The notes: a model not told the origin generated them from the sequence alone. DNA of 63,533 nucleotides, filler included, from Licmophora abbreviata (GCA_900291995.1; 8 parts of 8 records of this genome joined end to end with filler, not necessarily neighbours in it), one strand, 5' to 3'. Shown: positions 44,823 to 57,191, numbered from the whole stretch's first letter. Translations and numbers: made by a program.

Positions 44823-45488
44823 TTACAAGAGTGGTTTTTCCATGATGATCGACCCCCATCCCTCATTACAGTATCCATAAGGTCGTCCCATAAGGCAGCA
44901 TACAAGAATTGCATCGCAACATCCGCCACATGCACCATGTTTAGGAATCTGATAGAAACCAAATCGCTCGTACAATCCAATGCATCGATTGCCTCTCAAA
45001 ACTTCCAGAGTAAGCCTCGTGATCCCTTCGGTGGCCCGGGCCTTTGCTTCACACCAACGCAAAAGTGTTGTGCCGATACCCATGCCGCGTGCGTCTTCTG
45101 CAACAGCAATCTGTTCTATGTACATTTCCCCTGGACGACATGTATGTAAATTCATGGGATAGACAGGATGGCCTTTCATCGCCATTTGGACACACCCAAG
45201 CACTGCGTCGCTCCCGTCGCGGATGGCTACAGCGCCGAGAGCAAGCTTGCTCGCCGGATACTTTGCGTAGCGTCTGCGCATTTCCTCCTCGGACTCGGGG
45301 ATCGAGAATACAAAGCAGCACCGCTTTTCTCGAAAGCCTTCCTCTATGACACGGCAAACCTCAGGCATGAACTTCATCTGTAGTTCGATCACTCGAAGAT
45401 TGTCTAGTGGTTGCGGCGGTGTGTCGCCGTCCGATGCTTGGTCCACGACTGTGAGTCCTCTGATTTCATTGGCGCCTTCAGTTCTCAT
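44823..45488 (-). CDS. GNAT-family acetyltransferase
   Basis: Acetyl-CoA motif 'IAVAEDARGMGIGTTLL' and 'LEV..N..IGLYERFGF', with a Cys-rich C-terminus. Confidence 0.88.
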   Translation of the reverse strand: MRTEGANEIRGLTVVDQASDGDTPPQPLDNLRVIELQMKFMPEVCRVIEEGFREKRCCFVFSIPESEEEMRRRYAKYPASKLALGAVAIRDGSDAVLGCVQMAMKGHPVYPMNLHTCRPGEMYIEQIAVAEDARGMGIGTTLLRWCEAKARATEGITRLTLEVLRGNRCIGLYERFGFYQIPKHGACGGCCDAILVCCLMGRPYGYCNEGWGSIIMEKPLL

Positions 45489-46179
45489 TTCTAAATCACT
45501 GGTCGGTTTCGATGGAAAGTCGGGCCAGCAGAATTTCAACGAATGCTCTTGTGTGCACCAAAAGATACCTATAGAACAATCAATTGGGCACCATCACCAT
45601 GGTCTGCGGGATGTGGTGATTTTTTTGTGCAATCGTCGCTGCTGAAATTCGACTCACTCGACCAACATGTGGATGACGTCAGCTGTTGGTGTGATAGTAG
45701 CCGTTGGCGCAGCTCGATTATATTAATTACGCCTCTGAATATGTAGATTAAATTGACTCGTTCGACCCTATAAGAATGATGATTGAATTGGACAGGGGTC
45801 GGCCAATCCTAGTATCCAGCTGCGAAGTCCTATACACACTTTTGGCGATAGCTCTTTCGAAGCAAGAAAGTGATGGTTCCACTCACAATTCTATGATTGA
45901 GCACATGCCATACCTTGAGTTGTTGAAATACTTTCTTCTGTTGATAACATTCACTGTTGCAATCATGCGTGTCCTTGTTGATACGTTCAAGCGTCTCGTT
46001 GGGGAGGGCAAAAGTCGCGGCGTGACGGTAAGTTGAAACGAAAGAGAACGTGTCGATTGATTGTTTTCCCGCCATTTTTCAGATGATTCTCACTGTGTAT
46101 TCTCTGTTTTCGCCGCTTCTCTTCCTCAACAGGCTTTTCCCTCTCCCACGTCGACTTCTACCGCTACTACACTGTCTGA

Positions 46180-46688
46180 GATGACAGATTTGGCATCGCG
46201 GCCGACGAGCATACTGCGTCGTGGTCGTCCATCAGCGGCACCTTCTCCCACTACGGCGGCCGCGATGCACCAAGCAATCGGTTCCTTTGTCTGGTTGTTC
46301 CTTCTGGTCTTGAAGGCGTCTTTCGCCCTCCTTCTGACTGTCTGGTTCTGCGTCATTGCGGATCCGATCGTGTTGGCAAAGCGGGGCGAAGCTGGAATCC
46401 ACCCATTCACCAACCTTGAGTATCCCCCATGGAGTCTCATTCTTGTGCTTGCCGCTCTGTTCGCCGCCGTTCAGTACGAACGCGGAAGACGGAGTCGAGT
46501 CGTCATCATCTGCAGCCGTCATCTAATCGACCACGGCTCATTCGCGCGTGGGGATATCGTCTACGGAAGCATCGACGAGTTCGGCCTACCCAGCGCGACG
46601 CGGCGAATCGGTCTTACGGTCACGCCTCACGGTCTCGCGCCTTGCTCCAAGCTGCCTCCCTTCGTAATTCTGCGGCACGTCGAGCAGT
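46180..46688 (+). CDS. Hypothetical membrane protein, truncated by a gap
   Basis: ORF with 2-3 hydrophobic segments running into the linker. No family recognised. Confidence 0.4.
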
Positions 46689-47005
46689 NNNNNNNNNNNN
46701 NNNNNNNNNNNNNNNNNNNNNNNNNNNNNNNNTTAATTAATTAANNNNNNNNNNNNNNNNNNNNNNNNNNNNNNNNNNNNNNNNNNNNAAAACTGGCTCG
46801 GCTGGTGTGAGGGGCGCGGGATGAGGTGCGCGATCCCGCCACTCATCTCATCTTTCCGCGCTGCACTACGCGGCGCACGATGCTGATGGGTACACACACA
46901 CACCACGCACACCGCGGCGTCGATACCGATGACTTAAGTCCGGAGCGTTTCGTTCCCACGTTTGGCTCGTTGATGATGGGCCCCTAGTCTAGCTCGGCAC
47001 ATGTA

Positions 47006-48290
47006 ATGACAAGGATACGTGTATATCTGGTTGCTGCCGTTCTCAGTTGGTTCCTTGCTCCGTTCGAGAGTGTATCGGCCAGTCCCCGAAGCAACCCACC
47101 AGATCCATACAAGGTGCTGGGCGTCAGCAAGGAAGCGCCACAGGACGAGATTCGCCGACAATACCGAAAGCTTTGTTTACGTTTACACCCTGACAAGAAT
47201 GTGAACCAATCTCCCAAGGAGCGCACCAAGTGAGTTCTGCGTTGCAGCTGATGGGAAATATAAAATGCGAGGGTTCCGTTGATTCGCGTGTTCATTCTAA
47301 TCTCTTTCTCGATGTCTCGAGCTGCACAGGCGCGAAGATCTCTTCAAGCGAGTCCAGCACGCCAACGAACAGATTGGTGACGAGGAAGCGCGGAAAAGAT
47401 ACGATCAAATATCTCGTTTTGCTTCACCATCGGGTTCGCCGTTTGGAAGCACTGGCAGTACTGGAAGCGGCAGACCTGATGCCGCCGAGGCCTTTTACCG
47501 TGCGTACTTTGGTCAGGACTCGACCCCGCGATATCCGCAACAGAGAGCACCACGGACGCCCTTCTACTTCAACGGAGTCGACATATCGGATCTCTTTTCG
47601 TCTGGTGGTCGGTTCTCGGCAGGACCTGCTGCCTTTTGGGGCCAGGGTGCCTCGCTCAAGTCGGTCTACGTGCAAAAGGTCAAGGTGCCGCTCGAGGATC
47701 TCTATAATGGATGCAATGGAAAGGAATTTACAGTGAACGACAATATGTGGAAACGGTATCGAGCAGCATTTCGTGGAGGCGTGGCTGTATCGCTGCTCTA
47801 TCAGGGGGCTCTCTTTTCTTTGCCGCTACTGCGTATGAGCGCTCGGGCTTCGTTTCTGCTTGGAGTGATGTTGTTTCATGTCAACTTACCCCGCCCAATG
47901 AAGCTGAATTATGATGTCCATATCCAGAGGGGCTGGAAGGGTGGAACGAAATTGAGGTTCAAAGAGGCAGAGCCTGGTTTCGATATCGTGTTCGTGTTGG
48001 AGGAGGAGAAGCACAATCGCTTTGTCCGCGAAGGAAACGACTTGAAGACCTCCATAAGTGTCACAGCCGCTGAAGCGAGAGACGGATGTTCGGTTGATAT
48101 CGAACCTCTAAGCGCATTGGACGATCTCATAACCGTTCGCCTACGACCTGGCGAAATAACTCGCTCTGGACATCGACTTTCGTTGAAAGGCAAGGGCTGG
48201 CCTCACCGGAAGTCCGGCACGCAAGGCGACCTCATTGTCACTGTGAACGTCCTACCAAACTGGTGGCGGGCGAAACAAAAAAAGGCGTAA
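47006..48290 (+). CDS. Class II DnaJ (DNAJB-like) protein with signal peptide; intron 47230-47329
   Basis: Signal peptide, 'DPYKVLGV' and 'LHPDKN'. Splicing gives K-REDLFKRVQHANEQIGD..RKRYD, then a G/F region and a C-terminal domain 'VPLEDLYNG', 'GWKGGTK', 'HNRFVREGNDL', 'GKGWP..GDL'. Confidence 0.88.
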
Positions 48291-48635
48291 TACTGGTGAG
48301 AATGATGTAGTACTTCATAGGATTGGTCTATTAGCAGTGATCCTAGCCCTCTCCCCATTTCCTTCGGCAAACGTGGAGACCAACTCAGTTTCAATTTCCC
48401 TCTCAAACTTGCAATATGGAAACTCCAAAAGATACTAGAGATCTAATGCCACAGGAATACAGAAAGTTACAAAACTTTTTGTTGAGGTCCGAGTTTGGCG
48501 CGCGTTCGCACTCGCCGCGTCACCCCGTTCAAAATNNNNNNNNNNNNNNNNNNNNNNNNNNNNNNNNNNNNNNNNNNNNTTAATTAATTAANNNNNNNNN
48601 NNNNNNNNNNNNNNNNNNNNNNNNNNNNNNNNNNN

Positions 48636-49328
48636 TGGAGTACTCTGGGTTCGATTCTTGAATTTATCACTTGGATTTGGAGACGAAGCTTTGGGAGTAT
48701 TCTCGTGCCAATCAGAATTTTTGAGAGGCGTCACGAGAGAATGACTCGTCGTCGCCGTGGTGGGACGACGTGTATAAGTCGCCTGTTTCGTCCCCTCGCT
48801 CGAGACAGTCTCATGGATCATGGACGACCCATCGGCGCGGTCCACAATCAAATGTCGGACGGCACTTGGGCTCGCGGGACTCCCGCGAAGAACCGGAAGC
48901 TGAAGATTCGGGTTCGACACATCCAACGAAGTACTGTCCGTCGAAGGCGTCTCGGGGTTTGTCGACGGTGTGAGCATGAAACCTTCAAGAGAACTGATGG
49001 ATTTACTTCGCGGACCGCGAGGGGGAGTGCAAAGCGCAGCAAGCCTATCGCGGGCGTCAGCATCTTGCGTCATTTCTGTCTGCCGAAAGATGATGCCGCC
49101 TGAAGCGGATCTTGGGTCCTTTTGCGTGTCATCATCGTCCGAGAGCAACATGCCATGCAGGGAGCTGATAGACCGCTGCCGGGGGCGACGCTGCCGGGGC
49201 GACCTCGGCGACAGTTTGCCGCTGCTTGAATGAGCGTCGTCCATCAGGCTTAGATTCGGAATGTGATGAGAATTTCCAGTGTCATCGAACTTCAATTTGA
49301 CGTTTGTGTGTCTTTCTGCCTCTTTCAA
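48636..49328 (-). CDS. Hypothetical Ser/Thr/Pro-rich protein, truncated by a gap
   Basis: Low-complexity ORF with a repeated 'R-x(1-2)-SISSL' motif, running into the linker. The start is uncertain. Confidence 0.45.
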
Positions 49329-49802
49329 TTTTTGGCGGGAAGCGCGAGTTTGGAGTTTTCAGTTTTTGGAACGTTGAAGGTGCGTGGTCATCAGATGAGC
49401 GAACGACAGACGCAAGGAATTTGTGCCAGCCTCTCGACTACGAGTACCAGCAGGTCCCATTAACAGAGACAAGAGATGCCTCCGGTGGACTTACTGTAGA
49501 TGGTCCATTAGACTGGAGGAGCCCACAATACCCCACTGTCGTAGCTTAGTTACCATCGTTCTAATGGGTCTACTAGTAGCAACAGTCCTCCGCATGGCAT
49601 ATGAAGAGGTGCCATCCTGACGATGTACTATTGTAGCGCCGACCGCTTCGAAAGCAAACACACTTTCAAATTGATTACAGCATCGTAGCAACCCATTGTA
49701 TTGTGCTGCGTAGTCTAAGTTGAACTTGTAAACGAAGCTAGCTACCCATGTAACCTCCAAACAGCAATATCCATCCGCTTGCGCTCTACGCACCCTCACT
49801 TG

Positions 49803-51038
49803 CTACGCCAACAACGTGGACGTTTGTTCCTTCATGGTATCACGTGTCTGACTAACGTTAACGGCCCACTCTCCAAATCTCACGCCAAGGTTCTGCATTT
49901 GTGCCTTTGTTAAGACACGCGACAAGATCCACGTGACACTGACCGTCTCATCTACTTGATCCATGGTTCCCTCCATCAAGTGCAGTGACAGTGCTCGCAT
50001 GATGACCAACTCGACTTGGTCTTGCGGCATGCGAATGCGTTCCGCGATTTCCGCAAAGCTAAGCGTACGTTCATGAGACGGACGTTCAAAGACCATGTGG
50101 ACGAGGGCCAAGAGAGTAATTTTTTCCTGTACCGACGTGGCGCGATGCGTGAGCGCCGGTTCTTGTTGAATCTGCGTGGCGTATTTCTGTGTGAGAGAAG
50201 CAAAGAGGTCGACGTTGCCATCCGCCACGGCTTGCAACAATTCCAAGAGCCACTGTTTATCGGTGTCATTTTGAAGAAGCTGAAGAAGGGGCGTCTCGAC
50301 TACCTCGCTGAGCTGAAAGACTCCTTCTCCCGTCAGTGCAGCAAGTGATAGATCGACGGCAAGCTGTTTTGGATTCTCCATTTGTTCGACCTTGGTGTAT
50401 TGAAGATAGCTCAAGGCTTGTTGATAGTAACTTTCCGGAGGACCGACTGCCTTGTAATAAACCATACTGCACTGATAGTGCGCAGAATGAACCAATCCAT
50501 CGGGATCTTGGGAAGCCTGTAGTTCCTGGATCAGAGTTGCGTTTCGCTGTAGCGTCGTTTTGAGGTGGTCTAAATCCATTTGCATGCCGGAAGCTTCCAA
50601 CAGTTTGAGCTGCAGCAGTCCCAGTTTAGACTCGGCAAAGATCGTAGAAGCAGTTCCGAGGCGTTCCTGGTTGCTCAATAGATTCTCCAAGAGCGCCTTG
50701 CTGGCTGTACCGTCGGTGGGCAGGAGGGAGGTGGCCACGGCACTGGCCATGCGCGCGAGACTGAGAGGATGAAGCTTCTTTTCCACGGAGAGAACGACCT
50801 CATTGTAAAGCGCCAGGAAAGAGTTGGTCCCATCCACAGTGGTTCGCAGTTTAGACGAGTCGCCGTCTTCCAAGATGCTCAGCAATTTGAGAGTCAGCTG
50901 GTGCCACAGCTTGCTGGCTAGCAAATCGCGGACGGACTCGTAGTCTGCCGCCAAATCCGGATGCAGCGCCGCCATCGCGTCACAGTGCTCCGCAGCACCA
51001 CTCGTGGCGTCCACGAACGTCGTCGCGTTGGAACTCAT
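49803..51038 (-). CDS. PSMD13: 26S proteasome regulatory subunit RPN9/PSMD13
   Basis: 'KLWHQLT', 'DLSLAALTGEGVF', and PCI domain 'EKITLLALV..F.RP..R.LSF..IA', 'VE..IMRALS..L.EG..DQV'. Confidence 0.93.
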   Translation of the reverse strand: MSSNATTFVDATSGAAEHCDAMAALHPDLAADYESVRDLLASKLWHQLTLKLLSILEDGDSSKLRTTVDGTNSFLALYNEVVLSVEKKLHPLSLARMASAVATSLLPTDGTASKALLENLLSNQERLGTASTIFAESKLGLLQLKLLEASGMQMDLDHLKTTLQRNATLIQELQASQDPDGLVHSAHYQCSMVYYKAVGPPESYYQQALSYLQYTKVEQMENPKQLAVDLSLAALTGEGVFQLSEVVETPLLQLLQNDTDKQWLLELLQAVADGNVDLFASLTQKYATQIQQEPALTHRATSVQEKITLLALVHMVFERPSHERTLSFAEIAERIRMPQDQVELVIMRALSLHLMEGTMDQVDETVSVTWILSRVLTKAQMQNLGVRFGEWAVNVSQTRDTMKEQTSTLLA

Positions 51039-51324
51039 CGATGTAACGGGAGGAAGTGGAGAGCCGAAGCTGATTGTGTTGTCTTTTGCCGCTCCGTCGT
51101 CATTGTGCATGCAGGGCGACCTCCGTCGAAGCAGGTCGAAGAAGGAATCTTGAAGGATGGGAATCTTGCTTGCAGGAAATCTTAGAAAAAGCGCGCGCCA
51201 CAAATGACCGCGACCGCCCTTTTCTTTCCACACGACGACGCCGATAACTACGTTACACTTGCTTGCCAAACGATAGGCATGAACGACCCTTAACTCGCCA
51301 ATGTAAAAGATAACCGATCTTGCA

Positions 51325-52794
51325 ATGTCTAGTCAAGACACGACAACCAGTCTGGCTAGTCAGAATGGAGTAGAAATGCGATTACTGTCGCGTTTCCGAC
51401 ACGCGCGACGCCGTACCAATACTGCTGCTACGAGCACCGCATCGACTCGATGGTGCAATGCGACCGATCTCATTGGATTCACGTGCTTATTCGTGTACGG
51501 TTTGTACCTCCATCGAGCTCAGACTATGATCGATCATCAACTCTCCGTATACAAACCGCAACCACAACAGCAACAGCCATTTCCCGGGGATAGTACGCAA
51601 GGAGAAGAAAACACCCAAGTCGACAACGAACAGTCACTCTTTGCTCGTCGTGGACCAGAGTGGGGAGTAGAAAGAAAATTTCAGACACTGCAACCGACAT
51701 ATAACTATCAAGTTCACGATGGACACAAATACCTTGTGTTTCGGCCCATCGTGTCTGGACAAGGATTGGGCAATCACATGCACGGCTTGCTCGCAGTGCA
51801 TTTACTCGGACTCGAGTTCAATCGCACCGTTTGTGTGGCTACTGACTGGGACGACTTTTACGTTGCCCTGCAGTATACGAATCCTGACGTTTTCGAACGA
51901 TGCAACAAATTGCCACCCATGGGCGATGTCAACAATACAATAGTGTTGGTCAATTTTGCCGAAACCCCCAACGAATGTCTACTGAAGGAACGATTGCTCT
52001 CCGACACGGAGCTCTTTTATATTACAGCAAACACGTATCCGCGATGGCCGACAATCCCGGATAACTTCTTTGCTAAGTTCTATGAGCCGACCAGTGCGCT
52101 CAAGAATACACTCCCTTACGGTGATACTCCACCGGAAACAGTCGTGCATTTGCGACGACCCGATCCCGATACCGATGAGCGACAGGGACTCGACGATGTG
52201 ACCTTGACGGCATTGGGTGAGTTGCTTCCACGCGACACGACATTTCTCGTTACAAACGACGTGTCACTCTATTCGCACTTGGAACAAACGTACGGTTGGA
52301 AGCATCCCAACTGGAGCATTGTTCATCACTCGGCCTTTTACGACACGGTGGTGTGGGGTGGAACAGACGGGTCATCGCCATCAAACGACCTTGACAACCA
52401 CCACACTACCACTGATGCTGCTACTGCTACGAAGCAATCCCAAGTCGAAACGTTGCAGCTGTGGAGCGACTGGTATACGCTGCTCACGGCTACAAGTGTG
52501 TATCATACGCACAGTGACTTTTCACTTTCCGCCGTTCATTGGAGCAATATACAAATGGCCAAAACAATATTGGGTGGTGTCAATGATACGGACGGAAGTC
52601 CCATATTGTCGGAAGAATCGTGGCGACGCGATGGTGAAACGGCGCGACTGATGGATCGTAAGGAACTGAATCTCTGTGACCAGCCATTTATCGAACTTGG
52701 TATCATGGAGAAAGGCTTGGCTGGGTTGTTAGTTCTGGAAACCGATGATATGATGTTCGCTCTCGACGACGACATTGATGTCGGAGCTAGATGA
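51325..52794 (+). CDS. Type II membrane glycosyltransferase, fucosyltransferase-like
   Basis: N-terminal TM, then 'QGLGNHMHG', 'VVHLRR', 'FLVTND' and 'DWYTL..S..S(DF)S', resembling GDP-fucose-binding motifs of GT11/GT23/GT37-type enzymes. Confidence 0.6.
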   Translation: MSSQDTTTSLASQNGVEMRLLSRFRHARRRTNTAATSTASTRWCNATDLIGFTCLFVYGLYLHRAQTMIDHQLSVYKPQPQQQQPFPGDSTQGEENTQVDNEQSLFARRGPEWGVERKFQTLQPTYNYQVHDGHKYLVFRPIVSGQGLGNHMHGLLAVHLLGLEFNRTVCVATDWDDFYVALQYTNPDVFERCNKLPPMGDVNNTIVLVNFAETPNECLLKERLLSDTELFYITANTYPRWPTIPDNFFAKFYEPTSALKNTLPYGDTPPETVVHLRRPDPDTDERQGLDDVTLTALGELLPRDTTFLVTNDVSLYSHLEQTYGWKHPNWSIVHHSAFYDTVVWGGTDGSSPSNDLDNHHTTTDAATATKQSQVETLQLWSDWYTLLTATSVYHTHSDFSLSAVHWSNIQMAKTILGGVNDTDGSPILSEESWRRDGETARLMDRKELNLCDQPFIELGIMEKGLAGLLVLETDDMMFALDDDIDVGAR

Positions 52795-52971
52795 CAGGGA
52801 CTCTGACGCTGAGGAGCCAGAGTTTCTGGAGTAACGCAAGAGCGAGTTGACTGATTCCCAATGTTAAACGGGATACTATTTTGGCTGATATCGAATTTTT
52901 AAAAAAAGAGATCATTTCGTAGGCTCTATAGCGCATGCTACAAAGGGCACAGGAGAGGATTCGTCTCTTTA

Positions 52972-53997
52972 TCATTTCTGACTATTGTAGTAGTCGCTAG
53001 CCTTGGTCCATTGCGTCCCATTCTCGTGCGCAGTCACCGGCGACGATTGCAAGACGGTTGCCAGATGCGGCACGACGGTCGATGCCATGGCGGATACTGC
53101 CTCACGCGCAACGGGTTGAAGCAAACTTACCATCGCGCCACCCATGGAAGTGACGACGGCTGCTGCGGCCACTGCAGCGTCTCCCGTCAGCGGCGTTGTG
53201 ACTCCTGCCGTTGCCCGACGAAGGCGATCCCACTCTTCCAAACGAGTCCTTAGAAATTCCCAAGTCTTCTCGAGGTTGTCGTTATCCGATGGAGTTGTCA
53301 ATAGATGAAGTTCCGTCGCGCCGTAAATACCGCCCAGACCAGCTCGCTCCAAGTGTCCAAGCGTCATCCCGTCTGCGGTGTCCTGCACAACAGCGGCGGC
53401 AATGAAATCAATCATTGACTGTAGCTGTGACGCTGTCATGGCTGTGTTCTGCGTAGCTCCCATTGCCATGGCCTCATGCCATCGCTTACTTTGCACGTAC
53501 GGAACCACGTACTCCAATCGCATCCTGAACGCCTCGGCCAAGCGTTTGGGAATGGGCGTGTCCTCCTCTTTCCAAATTGGTTGACGCGCCAGTACATCCT
53601 TACGCAGCCTGTCGCGACAATCGTCCATCACGTATTGCACCATATCGACAGGTTGAACCAGACCAGAAAGTGACAATGGCTTGCTGCCACTCAACAGTCC
53701 CTGTACAATGGCCTCATCGGTCCAGCCGTACTTGCGAACCTGCGACAGCGCCAACGTGATGACGTGAGTCCGAAGCGTCAGCTCATCCGCACCCTTGGGG
53801 AAAGTGTCTTGCTCTTGAGAATATTCAGAACGCGCTTCATATGTTGGTTCATGCTCAGCACCTGGCGTGGATGAGAATGCCGGGTAGCTGGCGGGGCAGC
53901 GTGATATCGGAGCCGCCCGAGCAGCAGCGTTCGAGACGGCGCCGTATTGACAAGAAACACGCGTCGCTCTCGCGCCCAGTCTCCTCAAGGCATTCAT
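52972..53997 (-). CDS. COQ9: Ubiquinone biosynthesis protein COQ9, mitochondrial
   Basis: Arg-rich presequence, 'AL..V..YGWT..AI', 'RMRLE', 'W.EAMA', 'R..L..IY.ATEL', 'TWEFL..R'. Confidence 0.8.
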   Translation of the reverse strand: MNALRRLGARATRVSCQYGAVSNAAARAAPISRCPASYPAFSSTPGAEHEPTYEARSEYSQEQDTFPKGADELTLRTHVITLALSQVRKYGWTDEAIVQGLLSGSKPLSLSGLVQPVDMVQYVMDDCRDRLRKDVLARQPIWKEEDTPIPKRLAEAFRMRLEYVVPYVQSKRWHEAMAMGATQNTAMTASQLQSMIDFIAAAVVQDTADGMTLGHLERAGLGGIYGATELHLLTTPSDNDNLEKTWEFLRTRLEEWDRLRRATAGVTTPLTGDAAVAAAAVVTSMGGAMVSLLQPVAREAVSAMASTVVPHLATVLQSSPVTAHENGTQWTKASDYYNSQK

Positions 53998-54356
53998 TCG
54001 TTGAGGGTCGGGTAACAGTCAAGCAGGTAACGCTGCCTCTCTCTTTGCTCGGGGATGCTCTGACAGTTGCGTCCCTCCACATCATGGTCACGATGTGACG
54101 ACGACGCCGCTTATGGCGCAGCTTCCGGGTTCGCGGCATGATGTACGGCGACGAGAGTACGAGTAGGTCCTGTCCGACTTCCAACCGCGGCCGCTCCTCT
54201 ACCGCATTGCGATGCCGCTCGTACCCGGTAGGTCCCCAAACATCCCTCAAGACAGAACTAGAAATGAGGTCGCTTCTCAGTTTGCTTTACAGCGTAGTCT
54301 AAAACTAGAGTGTCAGGTAGACCTACAGGAAAGTTTAACGAACACGAAAATGGCGT

Positions 54357-55487
54357 TCAAGTGGAAGCCCGTCGTTTCTTCGATGCTTTCTTGCTCTTTT
54401 TCGATTCCGCCGATTTGGGTGTCCTTTTCTCCCGTTGTTCCTGATTCGCGAGCGGCTCGATCTGAACCTTCTTGGCCTCCATGCCAGCATCCGACGTCTT
54501 CCGCTTCTTCTTTTTCTCCGTTTTGCTGGAGTCGGACAACCTGCTTTGCTTCTTGGAACTCTTTCGTGCAGGCGCCTCCTCCTCCTTTTCAAGACCGTCG
54601 TCGTCGTCAGCAATGGCATCCAGATTCTCATTGGCATCCACAGACACCTTTCGTCTCTTCTTGCTACTAGAAGGCGAATCATCGCCACCCTCCGGACTTC
54701 GCGCCGTCTTTTCCAATTCCATCATACTCTTCGCTGACTCCTTGTACCCAGGAAAGTCGTAAGCGATCCCCATATCCTTCAACTCTTGGCGCTTCTTTCG
54801 TTCTCGTTTCAGCAATTGTCGTGTAATACGCTGCATCGTTTCGGTCGACTTGTCCTGGTTCACTTTCTCTCGGTGCATCCCACGCCAATCCATTTTGTTC
54901 CATTTACGATCGTGTCCATCGAACATGCTTGGGTGAATCTTGTCAGAAGGCACCATGTGGCAGACGAGACGTTTCTGACTCATCAAATAGTTGCTCATCG
55001 TATCGGCGACGATGGCTGCCGTTTTGGCATTGTTAAACTCACAAAACGCGTACCCCTTGCTGTTGGCAGTCTTCTTGGAGCGACTCAGCTTGATCCGCGT
55101 CACGATACCGAACTGTTGGAGAAAGCCACGCAACTCAGGTTCTTCAAAATTGGGAGGCAGGTGTCCCACATATATCACTCTAGATGAGTCTGGCTCCACT
55201 TCCAATCCAGCAGACTTGTTCGTCTTTTTCTTTTTGGGCGCTTGCGACTTTTTCGATGCCGCCGACTTTTTCGACGACTTGGATTTCTTCTCCAGCGGAA
55301 TGACTGGGGTTTCCTCGTCACTGCTGTCCCACTCGGGGCCTACGAAGATGAAGAATAGAAAGAATGGGGTGAGCTCTTTTGTGCATTGATCCACACAGGC
55401 GAAATACAGAGAGTCACGGCCCTTGGTCTACACACCGTCGAGAGCGGCAAGTTTTGCTTCCAACGTGCGATGCACCGCCTTGGACAT
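54357..55487 (-). CDS. NIFK: Nucleolar RRM protein NIFK/Nop15; intron 55340-55435
   Basis: 'IYVGHLP', 'LSRSKKTANSKGYAFCEF', 'AAIVADTMSNYLM..KRLVC', and a Lys-rich tail. Exon 1 is MSKAVHRTLEAKLAALD-G. Confidence 0.88.
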
Positions 55488-56107
55488 GATTCAGAACAAA
55501 ATGCGAGGCGTTTCAAATGAAGGAGATTACTGCAACAGCTCAAATTGAGTCTCAGTCAATGATGCTGCGACGAATGCCTCGTTTCGTTTCGTATCGGTGT
55601 TGTGTGTCGAGATACGGGTATCGGGAGAAAAATGGTTGGCGGGGGTGCGTGTATCTGGCAGCGCGCCAAAACCTGACCGAGGACAGACATTCCCAGCCTG
55701 AGCTGTGTCAGAAAGACAGAAAGGAGACCGAAGAGAATAATAAACGTATGTCGTATAGGACAGAGTATTCGTCAGGGAACTGTTCGGTATATCATTTCGC
55801 GATATACACCCATGAGCAATACAACCGAAACAAGTCAGCGCCAAAATCTGGAAGGCCACGCACTCAACATTCCATCNNNNNNNNNNNNNNNNNNNNNNNN
55901 NNNNNNNNNNNNNNNNNNNNTTAATTAATTAANNNNNNNNNNNNNNNNNNNNNNNNNNNNNNNNNNNNNNNNNNNNAGCTTGTTGTCGTGTCACAAACCC
56001 ATTTGACAAGCTCGCCTCTGCTCTTCACTATTTGGCGTACATATTATATTTGTGAGTGATGGCGTGCCTATTCTCAAGCCCAGAGAAATTGTCCTGAAGA
56101 ACGTCCC

Positions 56108-57037
56108 ATGGTAAACCCTTCGACTCACAGGGTCAAAAGTGACTCGACAATCGGTGCAGTACTCAAGAAGACTTCCCCCAAGAAGAAATTATCCAAGCAC
56201 CCCAAGGCATCTTCGACCATGGACTTATCTTATCTCGTGAGCAACAGAAACTCATCCTTCTCCTGTAACAACGAGAAGTCGTCCTCGCTTTCGGTTCTGA
56301 AGAGAATGTCATCTTCCGAAAGAGTGATAAAGCTTCCTGTCTCTCACAGTATGGGTGTGCTCCACTTTTCAACATCAACGACGACATCAGTCACTTCCTC
56401 AACAAGCAACGCAGCGCCCTCATCAACAGAGCCCACAGGCCCCTCTCCGAGCAAGTTTCTACTAGAAGGACTCAAGAAGAAGCACGGAAAAGTTCAATCC
56501 TTTCCTTCTCAGCAGATGGCCCATGCCTTCCACAGCGTCACTCCAGAACAGCGCGCTGCCTACGACAAGGAGGCGCTCGTGGTCATTAACAACCGTGACA
56601 TGGATACACTACGAAAGTGGCACAAAGAGGGAAGGACAATTCAGGCAGCCAATGCGTTTGGGGAGAGTCTCTTGCACATTGCATGTCGACGTGGTCACGT
56701 CGATGTTGTGGAATACATGATCAAGGAGGCAGCTGTTAGTCTGTGGGTCTACGACGACATGGGTCGCACGCCACTTCACTATGCGTGTTGGACTCCAGAG
56801 CCGCGTTTTGACCTGATAGACTTGGTTTTAGAGCACGATCAAAATTTGCTCTTGGTGTCGGACAAGCGAGGTCATACGGCAATGGACTATACCCGCAAGT
56901 CGCATTGGCGTGAGTGGATCGAACACTTTCAACGACAGAATTGGGTGGAGGAGCTCATGCCGACACGGTCTGAGTTCTACTCGGACGGATGCGTCCCGTC
57001 GAGGAGAGAAGATAGCGGGAAACGGGTCATTGGGTAG
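56108..57037 (+). CDS. Ankyrin-repeat protein (paralogue of 32340-33104)
   Basis: 'NAFGESLLHIACRRG', 'DDMGRTPLHYACW' and 'DKRGHT'. Confidence 0.85.
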   Translation: MVNPSTHRVKSDSTIGAVLKKTSPKKKLSKHPKASSTMDLSYLVSNRNSSFSCNNEKSSSLSVLKRMSSSERVIKLPVSHSMGVLHFSTSTTTSVTSSTSNAAPSSTEPTGPSPSKFLLEGLKKKHGKVQSFPSQQMAHAFHSVTPEQRAAYDKEALVVINNRDMDTLRKWHKEGRTIQAANAFGESLLHIACRRGHVDVVEYMIKEAAVSLWVYDDMGRTPLHYACWTPEPRFDLIDLVLEHDQNLLLVSDKRGHTAMDYTRKSHWREWIEHFQRQNWVEELMPTRSEFYSDGCVPSRREDSGKRVIG

Positions 57038-57191
57038 CTCCCGGGGTGTCGCCTCTGCGGGCCGACTGTACATACATGAAATGATAGCAGAGAATTGAAT
57101 CTATATTTTACTACCCTAGAAGCATAGCAGATCCGCGGCTAAAGCGTTTCGCCCGCTTACGACATAGTCAGCGTCCCTTATGCAATCGCAC

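Noticed and set aside
3933..52794. GT31, sulfotransferase and fucosyltransferase-like genes as a glycan biosynthesis cluster
   Set aside because: They are separated by 12-30 kb and many unrelated housekeeping genes, some across gaps.
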